DNA from: Chitinophagaceae bacterium
GTDB lineage: Bacteria; Bacteroidota; Bacteroidia; Chitinophagales; Chitinophagaceae
Assembly: GCA_009693715.1 (NCBI GenBank)
Contig: SHWT01000001.1
Coordinates: forward strand, 5,419-69,418
Reading direction: 5' to 3'
Length of the DNA stretch: 64,000 bases
In this document: one piece after another, positions 27,235 to 37,213 of the stretch
Layout: every line of letters starts with the position of its first letter
Numbering within the stretch: position 1 is the stretch's first letter
Position numbers and translations under genes: made by a program
Notes under the pieces: generated by a model
The model's input: only the letters and a program-made list of their open reading frames with translations
Databases searched by the model: none
Told to the model about the DNA's origin: nothing

Positions 27235-29019
27235 TTAATCTAATTTAAGTACCGCTAAAAATGCTTCCTGTGGAATTTCCACATTGCCTATTTGGCGCAT
27301 TCTCTTTTTACCTTCCTTTTGCTTTTCTAATAACTTACGCTTACGACTGATATCACCACCATAACATTTGGCAGTTACATCCTTACGCATGGCGCTAATA
27401 TTTTCTCTTGCGACTACCTTAGCGCCAATCGCAGCTTGAATGGCAATTTGGAATTGCTGCTTCGTTAATAATTCTTTTAGTTTTTCACAAAGTCGTCGTC
27501 CAAAATCAGAAGCCTTTCCTCTATGAATTAATGCACTTAAGGCATCCACTTTTTCTGCATTCAATAAAATATCCATCTTCACAATATCAGCATCTCTGAA
27601 TCCTATTTGAGAATAATCAAATGAAGCATACCCTCTTGTTTGACTTTTTAATTTATCATAAAAATCAAATACAATTTCCGTCATCGGCATTTCAAAAATC
27701 AATTCCACCCTAGTCGGTGTTAAATAACTTTGATTCATCAATATACCACGCTTACTCAAACAAAGCGTAATAATATTACCTATATAATCCGGTGAAGTAA
27801 TGATCTGTGCTCGAATATAAGGCTCTTCAATATGTTCAATTTTTACAGGATCTGGCATCTCCGAAGGATTATTCACAATAATTTTTTCACCTCTTGTCGT
27901 AAAGGCAATAAAACTTACGTTAGGCACTGTTGTAATTACAGTTTGATTAAACTCACGCTCCAATCGTTCTTGAATAATCTCCATGTGTAGTAACCCTAAA
28001 AATCCGCATCTAAAACCAAATCCTAATGCTTGTGAAGTTTCTAATTCAAAAGTTAAAGAAGCATCATTCAATTGTAATTTTTCCATACAATCTCTGAGTT
28101 CCTCAAACTCATCTGTATTCACAGGATATATACCAGCAAATACCATTGGCTTCACTTCCTCAAAACCATGAATCATGGGACCAGGATTATTTGCAAGTGT
28201 AATGGTGTCTCCCACTTTTACTTCCTTGGCCACTTTAATACCAGTAATAATATAACCCACATCTCCCGCACGCACTTCTGCCTTTGGTGTCATAGCCAAT
28301 TTTAATACGCCTACTTCATCTGCATTATAATCTCGACCGGAGGCAACGAAACGAATTTTATCATTTTTCTTTAGAACTCCATTCATAATACGATAGTATA
28401 CAATAATTCCTCTGAAACTATTAAAAACACTATCAAAAATGAGCGCTTGTAGCGGCGCTTCAGTATCACCTACTGGAGCTGGTATACGTTCACAAATAGC
28501 TTGTAAAATTTCTTCAATACCGATACCAGAACGACCACTTGCCAACAAAATATCTTCTTGTTTGCAACCTATCAGTTCAATGATCTGATCAGTTACCTCT
28601 GGAATTTTGGCACCATCCATATCAATTTTATTGATGACAGGAATAATTTCCAAATTATTGTCTAATGCCAAATATAAATTACTAATCGTTTGTGCTTGTA
28701 TTCCTTGTGATGCATCCACTAATAACAAAGCACCTTCACAAGCGGCTAAGGCCCTACTTACTTCATAACTAAAGTCAACGTGCCCGGGCGTATCAATTAA
28801 ATTGAATGTATAAGTAACTCCTTTATATACATAATTAATTTGTATCGCATGACTTTTAATAGTAATACCTTTTTCACGCTCTAAATCCATATCATCCAAA
28901 ACTTGGTTCATCATTTCTCTTTCCGTGATGGTTTTGGTATGTTCTAATAAACGGTCTGCCAGGGTACTTTTACCATGGTCAATATGAGCGATTATACAAA
29001 AGTTTCTTATGTTCTTCAT
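27235..29019 (-). CDS. lepA: Elongation factor 4
   Basis: [33 protein letters not shown] and [14 protein letters not shown]. Confidence 0.98.
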   Translation of the reverse strand: MKNIRNFCIIAHIDHGKSTLADRLLEHTKTITEREMMNQVLDDMDLEREKGITIKSHAIQINYVYKGVTYTFNLIDTPGHVDFSYEVSRALAACEGALLLVDASQGIQAQTISNLYLALDNNLEIIPVINKIDMDGAKIPEVTDQIIELIGCKQEDILLASGRSGIGIEEILQAICERIPAPVGDTEAPLQALIFDSVFNSFRGIIVYYRIMNGVLKKNDKIRFVASGRDYNADEVGVLKLAMTPKAEVRAGDVGYIITGIKVAKEVKVGDTITLANNPGPMIHGFEEVKPMVFAGIYPVNTDEFEELRDCMEKLQLNDASLTFELETSQALGFGFRCGFLGLLHMEIIQERLEREFNQTVITTVPNVSFIAFTTRGEKIIVNNPSEMPDPVKIEHIEEPYIRAQIITSPDYIGNIITLCLSKRGILMNQSYLTPTRVELIFEMPMTEIVFDFYDKLKSQTRGYASFDYSQIGFRDADIVKMDILLNAEKVDALSALIHRGKASDFGRRLCEKLKELLTKQQFQIAIQAAIGAKVVARENISAMRKDVTAKCYGGDISRKRKLLEKQKEGKKRMRQIGNVEIPQEAFLAVLKLD

Positions 29020-29043
29020 GTAAGTGAAAATAGGCTTTAAAAT

Positions 29044-29805
29044 CTATTGAAGTGCGTTTATGATGGCTGTGAATTCGGTAGCAATTAAAGATGCGCCACC
29101 TACCAAACCTCCGTCCACATCTGGTTGTGAAAATAATTCAACTGCATTAGCGGCTTTTACGCTTCCGCCATATAAAATTGAAATTTGATTAGCAATATCT
29201 GCACCATATTTTGTTGCTAATACCGACCTTATAAAAGCATGTATCTCCTGTGCTTGTGCACTTGATGCTGTTTTACCAGTTCCAATTGCCCAAATGGGTT
29301 CATAGGCAATCACCACTTTTAATATTTGATCCGATGATAAGTGAAATAATGAATTGATTAATTGGGTTTCCACAAATACATTTTGTGTACCCGCTTCTCT
29401 AATGGATAAAGGTTCACCGCAACAAAATATGGGTGTACTATTATTGGCCAACACCGCATTTACTTTTTCTGCTAATAATGCATCTGATTCAGCGAAGTAT
29501 TCGCGCCTTTCAGAATGTCCAATTACGATATGATTTACGCCAACGGATGAATACATGGGCGCCGAAATTTCACCTGTATAAGCACCAATGGTATTTTGAT
29601 GACAATTTTGTGCTGCTACAAAAACATTGGATATTCCTCCAATTTGCTGTACGGCATTTGATATATATAATGCTGGAACTGAAAATACAACTTGTTGATT
29701 ATCAGTTAATTTAGGTAGCTTATCTAATATATTTGTCAGCAAATCTTTTGCTTCTTGCTGATTTAAATTCATCTTCCAATTGGCCGCAGCTATTTGTTTT
29801 CTCAT
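29044..29805 (-). CDS. tpiA: Triosephosphate isomerase
   Basis: ANWKMN, IGHSERR, AYEPIWAIGTG, LYGGSV and LVGGASL. Confidence 0.98.
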   Translation of the reverse strand: MRKQIAAANWKMNLNQQEAKDLLTNILDKLPKLTDNQQVVFSVPALYISNAVQQIGGISNVFVAAQNCHQNTIGAYTGEISAPMYSSVGVNHIVIGHSERREYFAESDALLAEKVNAVLANNSTPIFCCGEPLSIREAGTQNVFVETQLINSLFHLSSDQILKVVIAYEPIWAIGTGKTASSAQAQEIHAFIRSVLATKYGADIANQISILYGGSVKAANAVELFSQPDVDGGLVGGASLIATEFTAIINALQ

Positions 29806-29841
29806 ATTCGTTTAACTGTTTAAACACTAAATTTAGCGATG

Positions 29842-29849
29842 CAAAGGTA
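29842..29849 (-). promoter_or_regulatory. -7 promoter box (TACCTTTG) for tpiA-lepA
   Basis: Exact consensus match. Confidence 0.6.
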
Positions 29850-29931
29850 GTTAAAAAATAGATGAATTTGGGTCAATTTATCAGTTTATACAAGCAATTA
29901 TAAAAACTGTAAAATGAGCAAAATAAAAGGA

Positions 29932-31095
29932 TTAAGCAACTTTTTTATATAATTTTTGAAGCACTTGCTTTTCTTCTTCCGATATCAAAAAACCTTTTAA
30001 TTGTTTCCAATTACCAATGTCTTCAATGGCTTTGTCAATTTGATATCCTGGAACCACACCCCAAGTAAAATTGGGAATAAATTTTGGGAGCAATCCATTA
30101 CCAAAAATGTTGGCACTTACACCAATATAACTGCCTGTATTGATACTTGATTGAATGGCGAAACGGCTATAATCACCCACCAGCATCCCCATTTTTTGAC
30201 CTACTGTTTCCCAGATTTGTTTTGCCTCATTCCACATTTGAATAGGGCCTGCTGTATTTTTAATATTACTATTACAAGTACCTGCGCCTAAGTTGCACCA
30301 TTGTCCAATAATACTATCCCCCAGATATCCTTCATGCCCTTTATTGGAATACCCCATCAAAATAGAATTTTTTATTTCCCCGCCAGCCAAGCAATAAGGT
30401 CCTATAGTGGTAGCACCATATATACTCGTATTCATTTTAACCACGCCCTTTTCACCTAAAATAAAAGGTCCTCGAATAGCAGCGCCTTCCATGATGATCG
30501 CATTTTTACCAATATAAATAGGGCCTGTACTTGCATTTAAAATAGCACAATGCACTTCAGCCCCTTTTTCAATAAAAATATTTTCGGGTTGAATGACTTT
30601 ATTACTCGTGTCAATTTTGATACCACTGCCATGCTTCTTAGCCCAATTAAAATCATTCTCGATAAATTTTGTGTGTAATTGCAACATACCAATTGCGTCT
30701 TGCACAAACTCCCCTTGTTCAAAAGTGATTGGCGCAAAATTGGCTAATAATATTTTTTCAATAGATCGTTCATCCGTATAAGTAGCAATCCATTTTCCAG
30801 ATTTGCTAATTATTTTTTCTCCGAATTTTAAATTTAAAATAGCATCCACTAAGTCAGTGGTTGGAATACAGGTAACATTAATAAAAATAGCGGCGTCTTT
30901 ATTTTGTAAAAAATCACTGTTATTATATAATTTTTGCAAGTAAGGGACAGTATAAATCGCCGTTTCCTTATTTAGCGAATGCTCCCATCTTTCTTGAAAA
31001 GAGTAAATACCCATCCTAAATTGTGTAACCGACTGCGTTAAACTAAAAGGATAAAATTTTTCTCTATCTGCAATATCGACTAAAACAAACTGCAT
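29932..31095 (-). CDS. Bacteroidota GlmU-like protein (NTP_transf_4-type N-terminus plus left-handed beta-helix acetyltransferase domain)
   Basis: Hexapeptide repeats and NKGHEGYLGDSIIGQWCNLGAGT. Confidence 0.8.
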   Translation of the reverse strand: MQFVLVDIADREKFYPFSLTQSVTQFRMGIYSFQERWEHSLNKETAIYTVPYLQKLYNNSDFLQNKDAAIFINVTCIPTTDLVDAILNLKFGEKIISKSGKWIATYTDERSIEKILLANFAPITFEQGEFVQDAIGMLQLHTKFIENDFNWAKKHGSGIKIDTSNKVIQPENIFIEKGAEVHCAILNASTGPIYIGKNAIIMEGAAIRGPFILGEKGVVKMNTSIYGATTIGPYCLAGGEIKNSILMGYSNKGHEGYLGDSIIGQWCNLGAGTCNSNIKNTAGPIQMWNEAKQIWETVGQKMGMLVGDYSRFAIQSSINTGSYIGVSANIFGNGLLPKFIPNFTWGVVPGYQIDKAIEDIGNWKQLKGFLISEEEKQVLQKLYKKVA

Positions 31096-31172
31096 AGGTT
31101 ACTCATTTATAGGTAAAAGTAAAGCAAGTTTAAGGAAAATGCAGATCTTCCTTAAGATATTCATTTAATGCT

Positions 31173-31180
31173 TATTTTTG
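31173..31180 (+). promoter_or_regulatory. -7 promoter box (TATTTTTG) for pruA
   Basis: Exact consensus match, 18 nt before ATG 31199. Confidence 0.55.
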
Positions 31181-31198
31181 GTGCATAAATTATTAGTT

Positions 31199-32830
31199 AT
31201 GCAAATAGGCTATTTTGATTACCCTACTCCGGCCAATGAGCCCGTTTTAACATATGCTCCAGGAAGTCCTGAAAAATTAGCATTAAAAAAAGCCCTTACT
31301 AGTTTGAAAAGCAAAAAAATGGATATACCCATGTATATTAATGGTAAAGCAGTTCGAACTGGAAATAAAATTGCGATTCATCCACCACACGAAATCAAAC
31401 ATACTCTTGGTCATTTTCACATAGGTACAAAAAAACATGTAGATCAAGCCATAAATAGTGCATTAAAAGTGCGCACTTCTTGGGCGAATATGTCCTGGGA
31501 ATCACGTGCACATATATTTTTAAAAGCAGCTGATTTATTGGCCACTAAATATCGCTTCGAAATGAATGCAGCTACCATGCTTTGTCAAAGCAAAAATGCC
31601 TACCAAGCTGAAATTGATGCCGCATGTGAATTGATTGATTTTTTAAGATTCAATGTTCATTTTTTAAGCACCATATATAAGCAACAACCGGTTTCCTCTC
31701 CTGGTATGCATAATAGAATGGAATGGCGTGGCTTGGAAGGATTTGTTTTAGCCATTACGCCTTTTAATTTTACAGCCATTGGTGGTAACCTTCCTGCCTC
31801 AGCAGCGATGTGTGGTAATGTTGTTGTTTGGAAAGCAGCCAACACACAAGTATATTCTGCACAATTATTTATGCGAATTTTAAAAGAAGCGGGGCTTCCA
31901 GATGGTGTTATAAATTTAGTATATGTGGATGGGCCAACCATTGGTGCCACTTGTTTCTCTCATCCTGATTTTGCAGGGGTGCATTTCACTGGATCAACAG
32001 GTGTATTTAATTATATGTGGAAACAAATCGGTGAAAATATTCCTACCTATAAAACCTATCCAAGAATTGTAGGTGAAACAGGCGGCAAGGATTTTGTTAT
32101 GGTACATCCTACTGCCGATGTGGATACAGTTGTTACAGCACTTGCAAGAGGTGCATTTGAATACCAAGGACAAAAATGTTCCGCTGCTTCTCGTGCTTAT
32201 TTACCAAAAAATATTGCGCCTGCAGTGAAAATAAAATTGGTGAAAGCAGTTCAATCAATGAAGATGGGCACCGTTGAAGATTTTTCAAATTTTGTAAATG
32301 CAGTGATTGACGAAAAATCTTTTGATAATATTGCTAAGTATATTAACAAGGCAAAGAAAGATAAAAAAGCAAAAATTTTAGTAGGTGGTAATTTTAGTAA
32401 GAAAAATGGTTACTTCGTTGAACCTACCGTTATTGAAACCAGCGATCCGAAATATTTGACCATGTGTGAGGAAATATTTGGGCCAGTGCTTACTATTTAT
32501 GTTTATCCGACGAACCAATTTGAAAAAACATTGGATTTGCTGGACAAAACATCCAAATATGCTTTAACGGGTGCCATTATTTCACAAGACAGGGCTTCCA
32601 TTGATTTGGCTACTGATAAATTAAGACACGCGGCTGGGAACTTTTATATCAATGACAAACCCACCGGAGCAGTGGTAGGACAACAACCATTTGGCGGTGC
32701 TAGGGCTTCTGGAACCAATGATAAAGCGGGTAGTATGCTGAATTTATACAGATGGTTAAGCGCTAGAACCATTAAAGAGACCTTTAACCCGCCTACCGAC
32801 TATAAATACCCATTTTTAAACGAGGCATAA
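31199..32830 (+). CDS. pruA: L-glutamate gamma-semialdehyde (P5C) dehydrogenase (start corrected to ATG 31199)
   Basis: NEPVLTYAPGSPE, ITPFNFTAIG, FTGST, GETGGK, EYQGQKCSA, EEIFGP and QQPFGG. Confidence 0.94.
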   Translation: MQIGYFDYPTPANEPVLTYAPGSPEKLALKKALTSLKSKKMDIPMYINGKAVRTGNKIAIHPPHEIKHTLGHFHIGTKKHVDQAINSALKVRTSWANMSWESRAHIFLKAADLLATKYRFEMNAATMLCQSKNAYQAEIDAACELIDFLRFNVHFLSTIYKQQPVSSPGMHNRMEWRGLEGFVLAITPFNFTAIGGNLPASAAMCGNVVVWKAANTQVYSAQLFMRILKEAGLPDGVINLVYVDGPTIGATCFSHPDFAGVHFTGSTGVFNYMWKQIGENIPTYKTYPRIVGETGGKDFVMVHPTADVDTVVTALARGAFEYQGQKCSAASRAYLPKNIAPAVKIKLVKAVQSMKMGTVEDFSNFVNAVIDEKSFDNIAKYINKAKKDKKAKILVGGNFSKKNGYFVEPTVIETSDPKYLTMCEEIFGPVLTIYVYPTNQFEKTLDLLDKTSKYALTGAIISQDRASIDLATDKLRHAAGNFYINDKPTGAVVGQQPFGGARASGTNDKAGSMLNLYRWLSARTIKETFNPPTDYKYPFLNEA

Positions 32831-32866
32831 GCGACTGGATTTAAGCTGTTTTAATTCAGAAAACTG

Positions 32867-32874
32867 TATATTTG
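32867..32874 (+). promoter_or_regulatory. -7 promoter box (TATATTTG) for pdhA
   Basis: Exact consensus match, 20 nt before GTG 32895. Confidence 0.6.
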
Positions 32875-32894
32875 CCCCTCAAAATAAAAGGACT

Positions 32895-33890
32895 GTGGCC
32901 CAAAAATTTTCTAAAGAAACCTACCTGTATTGGTATGAATTGATGCAACTCATTCGTCAATTTGAATCCAAATCGGAGGAAATGTATAAAATGGCGGGGA
33001 AAATCAGAGGATTTTTCCATGTTTACAATGGACAGGAAGCCATTGCAGCAGGTTGCATGACCGCTACAAATCAAGAAGATCCATTCATTACAGCATACCG
33101 TGATCATGGTTTGGCCTTAGCCAAAGGCATGAGCCCTAATTCCGCTATGGCTGAGCTTTATGGCAAAGCGACTGGCTGCTCTAAAGGAAAAGGTGGCAGT
33201 ATGCATTTGTTCAGTAAAGAACATTACTTTTTTGGAGGACATGGTATTGTAGGTGCTCAAATTGGAACGGGTGCTGGTTTGGCTTTTGCGGAACAATACC
33301 GAGGTTCAAAAAATGTAGTATTGTGCTTTTTTGGAGATGGTGCTGCAAGACAAGGCATGTTACATGAGGTATTTAATTTAGCCATGCTTTGGAAATTGCC
33401 TGTTGTATTTATTTGTGAAAACAATAATTACGCCATGGGAACTTCAATCGAAAGAACAAGTAATGTTATAGATATATACAAATTGGCGGATGCTTATGAA
33501 ATGCCAGCTGATAAAATTGATGGCATGACTGCAGAAGCTGTTCATGAAAGTGTAGCTCGAGCGGTGAATAGAGCACGTCAAGGAGAAGGCCCTACTTTGT
33601 TGGAAATGAAAACATATCGTTACAAAGGACACTCCGTATCTGATCCTCAAAAATACAGAACTAAGGATGAGGTGGAAGAATATAAAGACCAAGATCCAAT
33701 TACCAAAGTAACTAAAACCATTTTGGATAACAATTTTGCTACAGAAGCCGATTTAAAAGCGATTGATGATAAAATAACTTTAATTGTAGATGCTTCCGTT
33801 AAGTTTGCAGAGGAAAGTCCTTGGCCAGATGATAGCGAAGTATACAAAGATGTGTACATTGATCAAAATTATCCATTCATTGTTGACTAA
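32895..33890 (+). CDS. pdhA: Pyruvate dehydrogenase E1 alpha subunit (GTG start)
   Basis: RGFFHVYNGQEA, YRDHG, GKGGSMH, the TPP motif GDGA...ENN and YRYKGHSVSDP. Confidence 0.95.
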   Translation: MAQKFSKETYLYWYELMQLIRQFESKSEEMYKMAGKIRGFFHVYNGQEAIAAGCMTATNQEDPFITAYRDHGLALAKGMSPNSAMAELYGKATGCSKGKGGSMHLFSKEHYFFGGHGIVGAQIGTGAGLAFAEQYRGSKNVVLCFFGDGAARQGMLHEVFNLAMLWKLPVVFICENNNYAMGTSIERTSNVIDIYKLADAYEMPADKIDGMTAEAVHESVARAVNRARQGEGPTLLEMKTYRYKGHSVSDPQKYRTKDEVEEYKDQDPITKVTKTILDNNFATEADLKAIDDKITLIVDASVKFAEESPWPDDSEVYKDVYIDQNYPFIVD

Positions 33891-33917
33891 ATAGTCGAAA
33901 AATTATAAAAAAATAAT

Positions 33918-34571
33918 ATGAGCGAGTTACAAAAAGAGAATCACCCATTTTTAGATTTCGTAAGTAAAAATAAAAAAGTATTAACCTATACAGTTACAGC
34001 GATTGTTATCGCTTTAGTTGCATATTTTGGATACACTGAATTGTATCAAAAACCAAGAGAAGAAAAAGCAGCTGATGTTATGTTCACTGCTGAAAAATAT
34101 TTCGCAATGGATTCTTCTAGCCTAGTGTTAAATGGGGATGGTCAAAGCAAAGGTGTTTTATATATCATCAAAGAATTTGGTGGTACAAAAGCAGCTAACC
34201 TAGCTAAATATTATGCAGGTATTAGTTATTTCCGCATGAATGATTTTAATAAGTCAGTTGAATACTTAAAGGACTTCTCTACTTCAGCGAAACAAGTTCA
34301 AGCCATCGCTTATGGTACTATCGGAGACGCTTACAGCGAATTAAAAAATACTGACGAAGCTTTAAATTATTACAAAAAGGCAGGTGGTCATTTCCCAGAC
34401 GACGAAGCCATTAGTTCAGAATACTTATACCGTGCTGCTTCCCTATTGGAATTGAATGGCAAGGCGGATGAAGCGGTAGAAATTCTTAAAGAAATTAAAG
34501 CAAAATATCCAAAATCTGAAAAAGGATTGATGGTAGATAAGTATATCAATAAATTGAAGGTACAGCCTTAA
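33918..34571 (+). CDS. Membrane-anchored TPR protein (YfgM-like)
   Basis: One N-terminal TM helix followed by TPR helices (AANLAKYYAG, IGDAYSEL). Confidence 0.8.
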   Translation: MSELQKENHPFLDFVSKNKKVLTYTVTAIVIALVAYFGYTELYQKPREEKAADVMFTAEKYFAMDSSSLVLNGDGQSKGVLYIIKEFGGTKAANLAKYYAGISYFRMNDFNKSVEYLKDFSTSAKQVQAIAYGTIGDAYSELKNTDEALNYYKKAGGHFPDDEAISSEYLYRAASLLELNGKADEAVEILKEIKAKYPKSEKGLMVDKYINKLKVQP

Positions 34572-34596
34572 TGAACACTACTAATTAACTTATTTT

Positions 34597-34633
34597 AAAG
34601 CATTCTCCACAATTTGTAGAGAATGCTTTTTTT
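34597..34633 (+). terminator. Rho-independent terminator after the pdhA-TPR operon
   Basis: AAAGCATTCTC-N11-GAGAATGCTTT followed by a T-run. Confidence 0.8.
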
Positions 34634-34658
34634 ATGTACTTTATTTAATGACAATTCG

Positions 34659-34666
34659 TATTTTTG
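34659..34666 (+). promoter_or_regulatory. -7 promoter box (TATTTTTG), 3 nt before the ATG of the lutA-like gene
   Basis: Exact consensus match, located after a terminator. Confidence 0.55.
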
Positions 34667-34669
34667 ATT

Positions 34670-35389
34670 ATGACAGTTCAATTATTTATTCCCTGCTTTA
34701 TGGATCAATTATATCCACAAGTTGCATTTGACACCATCAAAGTGCTTGAAAAAGCAGGATGTACCGTAAACTACAATGCACAACAAACCTGTTGTGGCCA
34801 GCCTGCTTTCAATGCAGGATTCTGGGGGGAATCAAAAGATGTATGTACCAAATTTGTACAAGATTTTGAAGGTGCTGATTACATTGTAAGCCCAAGTGCA
34901 AGTTGTGCTGGCTTTGTCAGAAATAATTATGGAAAATTATTTGAAAACAATGCATTTCAAAGTCCGGCTAAAAAAGTAGCCAACCGTATTTATGAATTAT
35001 CTGAATTTTTAGTGAAGGTTTTAAATGTTACTGACTTGGGTGCTTCATTTGAAGGCAAAGTAACCTTCCATGATAGTTGTGCTGGATTGCGTGAATGTCA
35101 TATTAAAGACGAGCCAAGACAATTATTAACAGCAGTGAAAGGGTTGGAATTAGTCGAAATGCAAGACACCGATATTTGTTGTGGATTTGGCGGAAGCTTC
35201 GCAGTAAAATTTGATACAATTAGTGTTTCTATGGCTGATCAAAAAATAGACAATGTTATTAAAACAGCAGCTCCTTATTTAATTAGTACAGACATGAGTT
35301 GTTTGATGCATATTGATGGCAGAATGAAATTTAATGGACAAGATATAAAAGTATTGCACTTGTCCGAAGTATTGGCAAGCGGTTATTAA
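34670..35389 (+). CDS. LutA/YkgE-like Fe-S (CCG-domain) protein (start likely ATG 34670)
   Basis: QTCCGQPAFNAG, SPSASCAG, HDSC, CCGFGGSF and TDMSCLMH. Confidence 0.9.
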   Translation: MTVQLFIPCFMDQLYPQVAFDTIKVLEKAGCTVNYNAQQTCCGQPAFNAGFWGESKDVCTKFVQDFEGADYIVSPSASCAGFVRNNYGKLFENNAFQSPAKKVANRIYELSEFLVKVLNVTDLGASFEGKVTFHDSCAGLRECHIKDEPRQLLTAVKGLELVEMQDTDICCGFGGSFAVKFDTISVSMADQKIDNVIKTAAPYLISTDMSCLMHIDGRMKFNGQDIKVLHLSEVLASGY

Positions 35390-35413
35390 TTTAAAAATTT
35401 TACCTACCCTATT

Positions 35414-35824
35414 ATGGCATATTGGTTAATTAAATCAGAACCCTTCAAATATTCTTGGGATCAATTCAACAAGGATAAAAAAACATTTTGGGATGGTGTC
35501 AGAAACTATCAAGCGCGAAATAATTTACGCGCAATGAAAAAAGGCGATCTAGCTTTTTGGTATCATAGCAATGAAGGCATGGAAATTGTGGGCATCGCCA
35601 AAGTGGTAAAAGAATCCTATCAAGATCCTACCACCACGGAAACCGCATGGTTAGCTGTTGATTTTGCACCACATAAAAAATTAAAGCACACCGTAAAGTT
35701 GGCAGATGTAAAAGCCAATACCAACTTATCTAATATGGCATTGGTTAAAATGGGCCGATTGTCGGTACAACCTGTAACTGAAATGGAATGGGACGAGGTT
35801 TTAAAAATGAGCCAAGGCTTATAA
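35414..35824 (+). CDS. EVE domain-containing protein
   Basis: YWLIKSEP, WDGVRNYQARNNL, YHSN and RLSVQPV. Confidence 0.93.
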   Translation: MAYWLIKSEPFKYSWDQFNKDKKTFWDGVRNYQARNNLRAMKKGDLAFWYHSNEGMEIVGIAKVVKESYQDPTTTETAWLAVDFAPHKKLKHTVKLADVKANTNLSNMALVKMGRLSVQPVTEMEWDEVLKMSQGL

Positions 35825-35876
35825 ATCCTATTAAAAACCCGATTCGCAAGTTTAATTTATAACTTAATTTAATTCC

Positions 35877-35903
35877 AGCATTCATTTTATTGAATGCTTT
35901 TTT
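35877..35903 (+). terminator. Terminator after the EVE gene
   Basis: AGCATTCA-TTTTAT-TGAATGCT followed by a T-run. Confidence 0.7.
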
Positions 35904-37134
35904 ATTTAAAAAAGGTATACCCAATTAAAATTGCAATCACCACTCCTATTAAGTCCGCAAAAATACCTGCCCACAAAGCATAGCGAATTTTTTTGATGCC
36001 CACACTTCCAAAATACAAAGCAATAATATAAAAGGTCGTATCTGCGGATCCCTGAAATATGGAAGCCATTTTACCTACAAATGAATCAGGTCCTTGTGTT
36101 TGAAATATATCCAACATCATACCTCTTGCACCACTCCCACTTAAAGGTTTCATGATTGCCACAGGAAGCGCTCCAATGAATTCAGTATTTACCCCTGTTA
36201 GTTGAATTAAATACGTAAGGCCATTTAAAATATAAATCATCGCCCCACTATCTCTAAAAACACGAATAGCCACCAGCATGGCAACTAAATAGGGAATAAT
36301 TTTAATAATGACATCGAACCCGTTTTTAGCACCATCAATGAATGCATCAAAAACAGAAATTTTCTTATAAGCGCCACCTAAAATAATGCCAACTATAATT
36401 AACAATAATAATCCATTCCCTACTGTTTTTGAAAATAATTCTTTTTGAATAGAGGTTAAAGCATTTACACTAAATATAACACCCACCATTAGTAAGATTA
36501 AGCCAAGTATCCAACCAATTAGAACCTTATCCCATTTTAATTTTTGATATAGGCCAACCATGATTATAGAAGCCAAAGTAGTTCCTATAGTGGCAAGGAC
36601 ACAAGGGATAAATATACTAGCCGCATCCTGTGAACCCGCCGCTAGTCGATAGGAAATGATAGTCAACGGAATGATGGTGAGTCCACTGGTATGTAATACC
36701 AGGAACATGATTTGCGCATTGGTCGCTTTTTCCTTTTCAGGATTCAAACTTTGCAAACTTTCCATGGCCTTTAAACCAAAAGGGGTTGCTGCATTATCTA
36801 AACCCAACATATTTGCACTAAAGTTCATCACCATTTGCCCCATGGCAGGATGATTTGCTGGTACTTCTGGAAACAAACGACTTAAAAATGGATTCATCCA
36901 TTTGGCCAATTTTTGAATAGCACCCGCTTTTTCAGCAATATTCATCAAACCAAGGAAAAATACCATGGTACCAGCCAAAGGCAAGGCAACATCCATCACG
37001 GATGATTTAGCAGAATCAAAAATGCCATCCGCCAGTAACTTAAAAATCTCCGTATCGCCTAAAAATACCAGTTTAAACAAGGCAATCACAAATGCAATCA
37101 CAAAAAAAGCCATCCAAATAATATTCAAAGCCAT
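35902..37134 (-). CDS. Fused SpmA/SpmB (nucleoside recognition Gate domain) membrane protein
   Basis: FSANMLGLDNAATPFGLKAM (SpmA half) and KPLSGSGARG...STFY-like TTFYIIALYFG (SpmB half). Confidence 0.88.
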   Translation of the reverse strand: MALNIIWMAFFVIAFVIALFKLVFLGDTEIFKLLADGIFDSAKSSVMDVALPLAGTMVFFLGLMNIAEKAGAIQKLAKWMNPFLSRLFPEVPANHPAMGQMVMNFSANMLGLDNAATPFGLKAMESLQSLNPEKEKATNAQIMFLVLHTSGLTIIPLTIISYRLAAGSQDAASIFIPCVLATIGTTLASIIMVGLYQKLKWDKVLIGWILGLILLMVGVIFSVNALTSIQKELFSKTVGNGLLLLIIVGIILGGAYKKISVFDAFIDGAKNGFDVIIKIIPYLVAMLVAIRVFRDSGAMIYILNGLTYLIQLTGVNTEFIGALPVAIMKPLSGSGARGMMLDIFQTQGPDSFVGKMASIFQGSADTTFYIIALYFGSVGIKKIRYALWAGIFADLIGVVIAILIGYTFFK

Positions 37135-37213
37135 AAATCAATTGTTTGTGGTTCTAATATAGTCAATTTTGAGATTAGAATTGTATTTTTACGCTCTTAA
37201 AACATGATAGATT

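Noticed and set aside
35414-35824. EVE or DUF1599 genes as part of an anti-phage or modification-dependent restriction system
   Set aside because: Both are stand-alone housekeeping-type copies, with no nuclease, toxin or other defence gene nearby.
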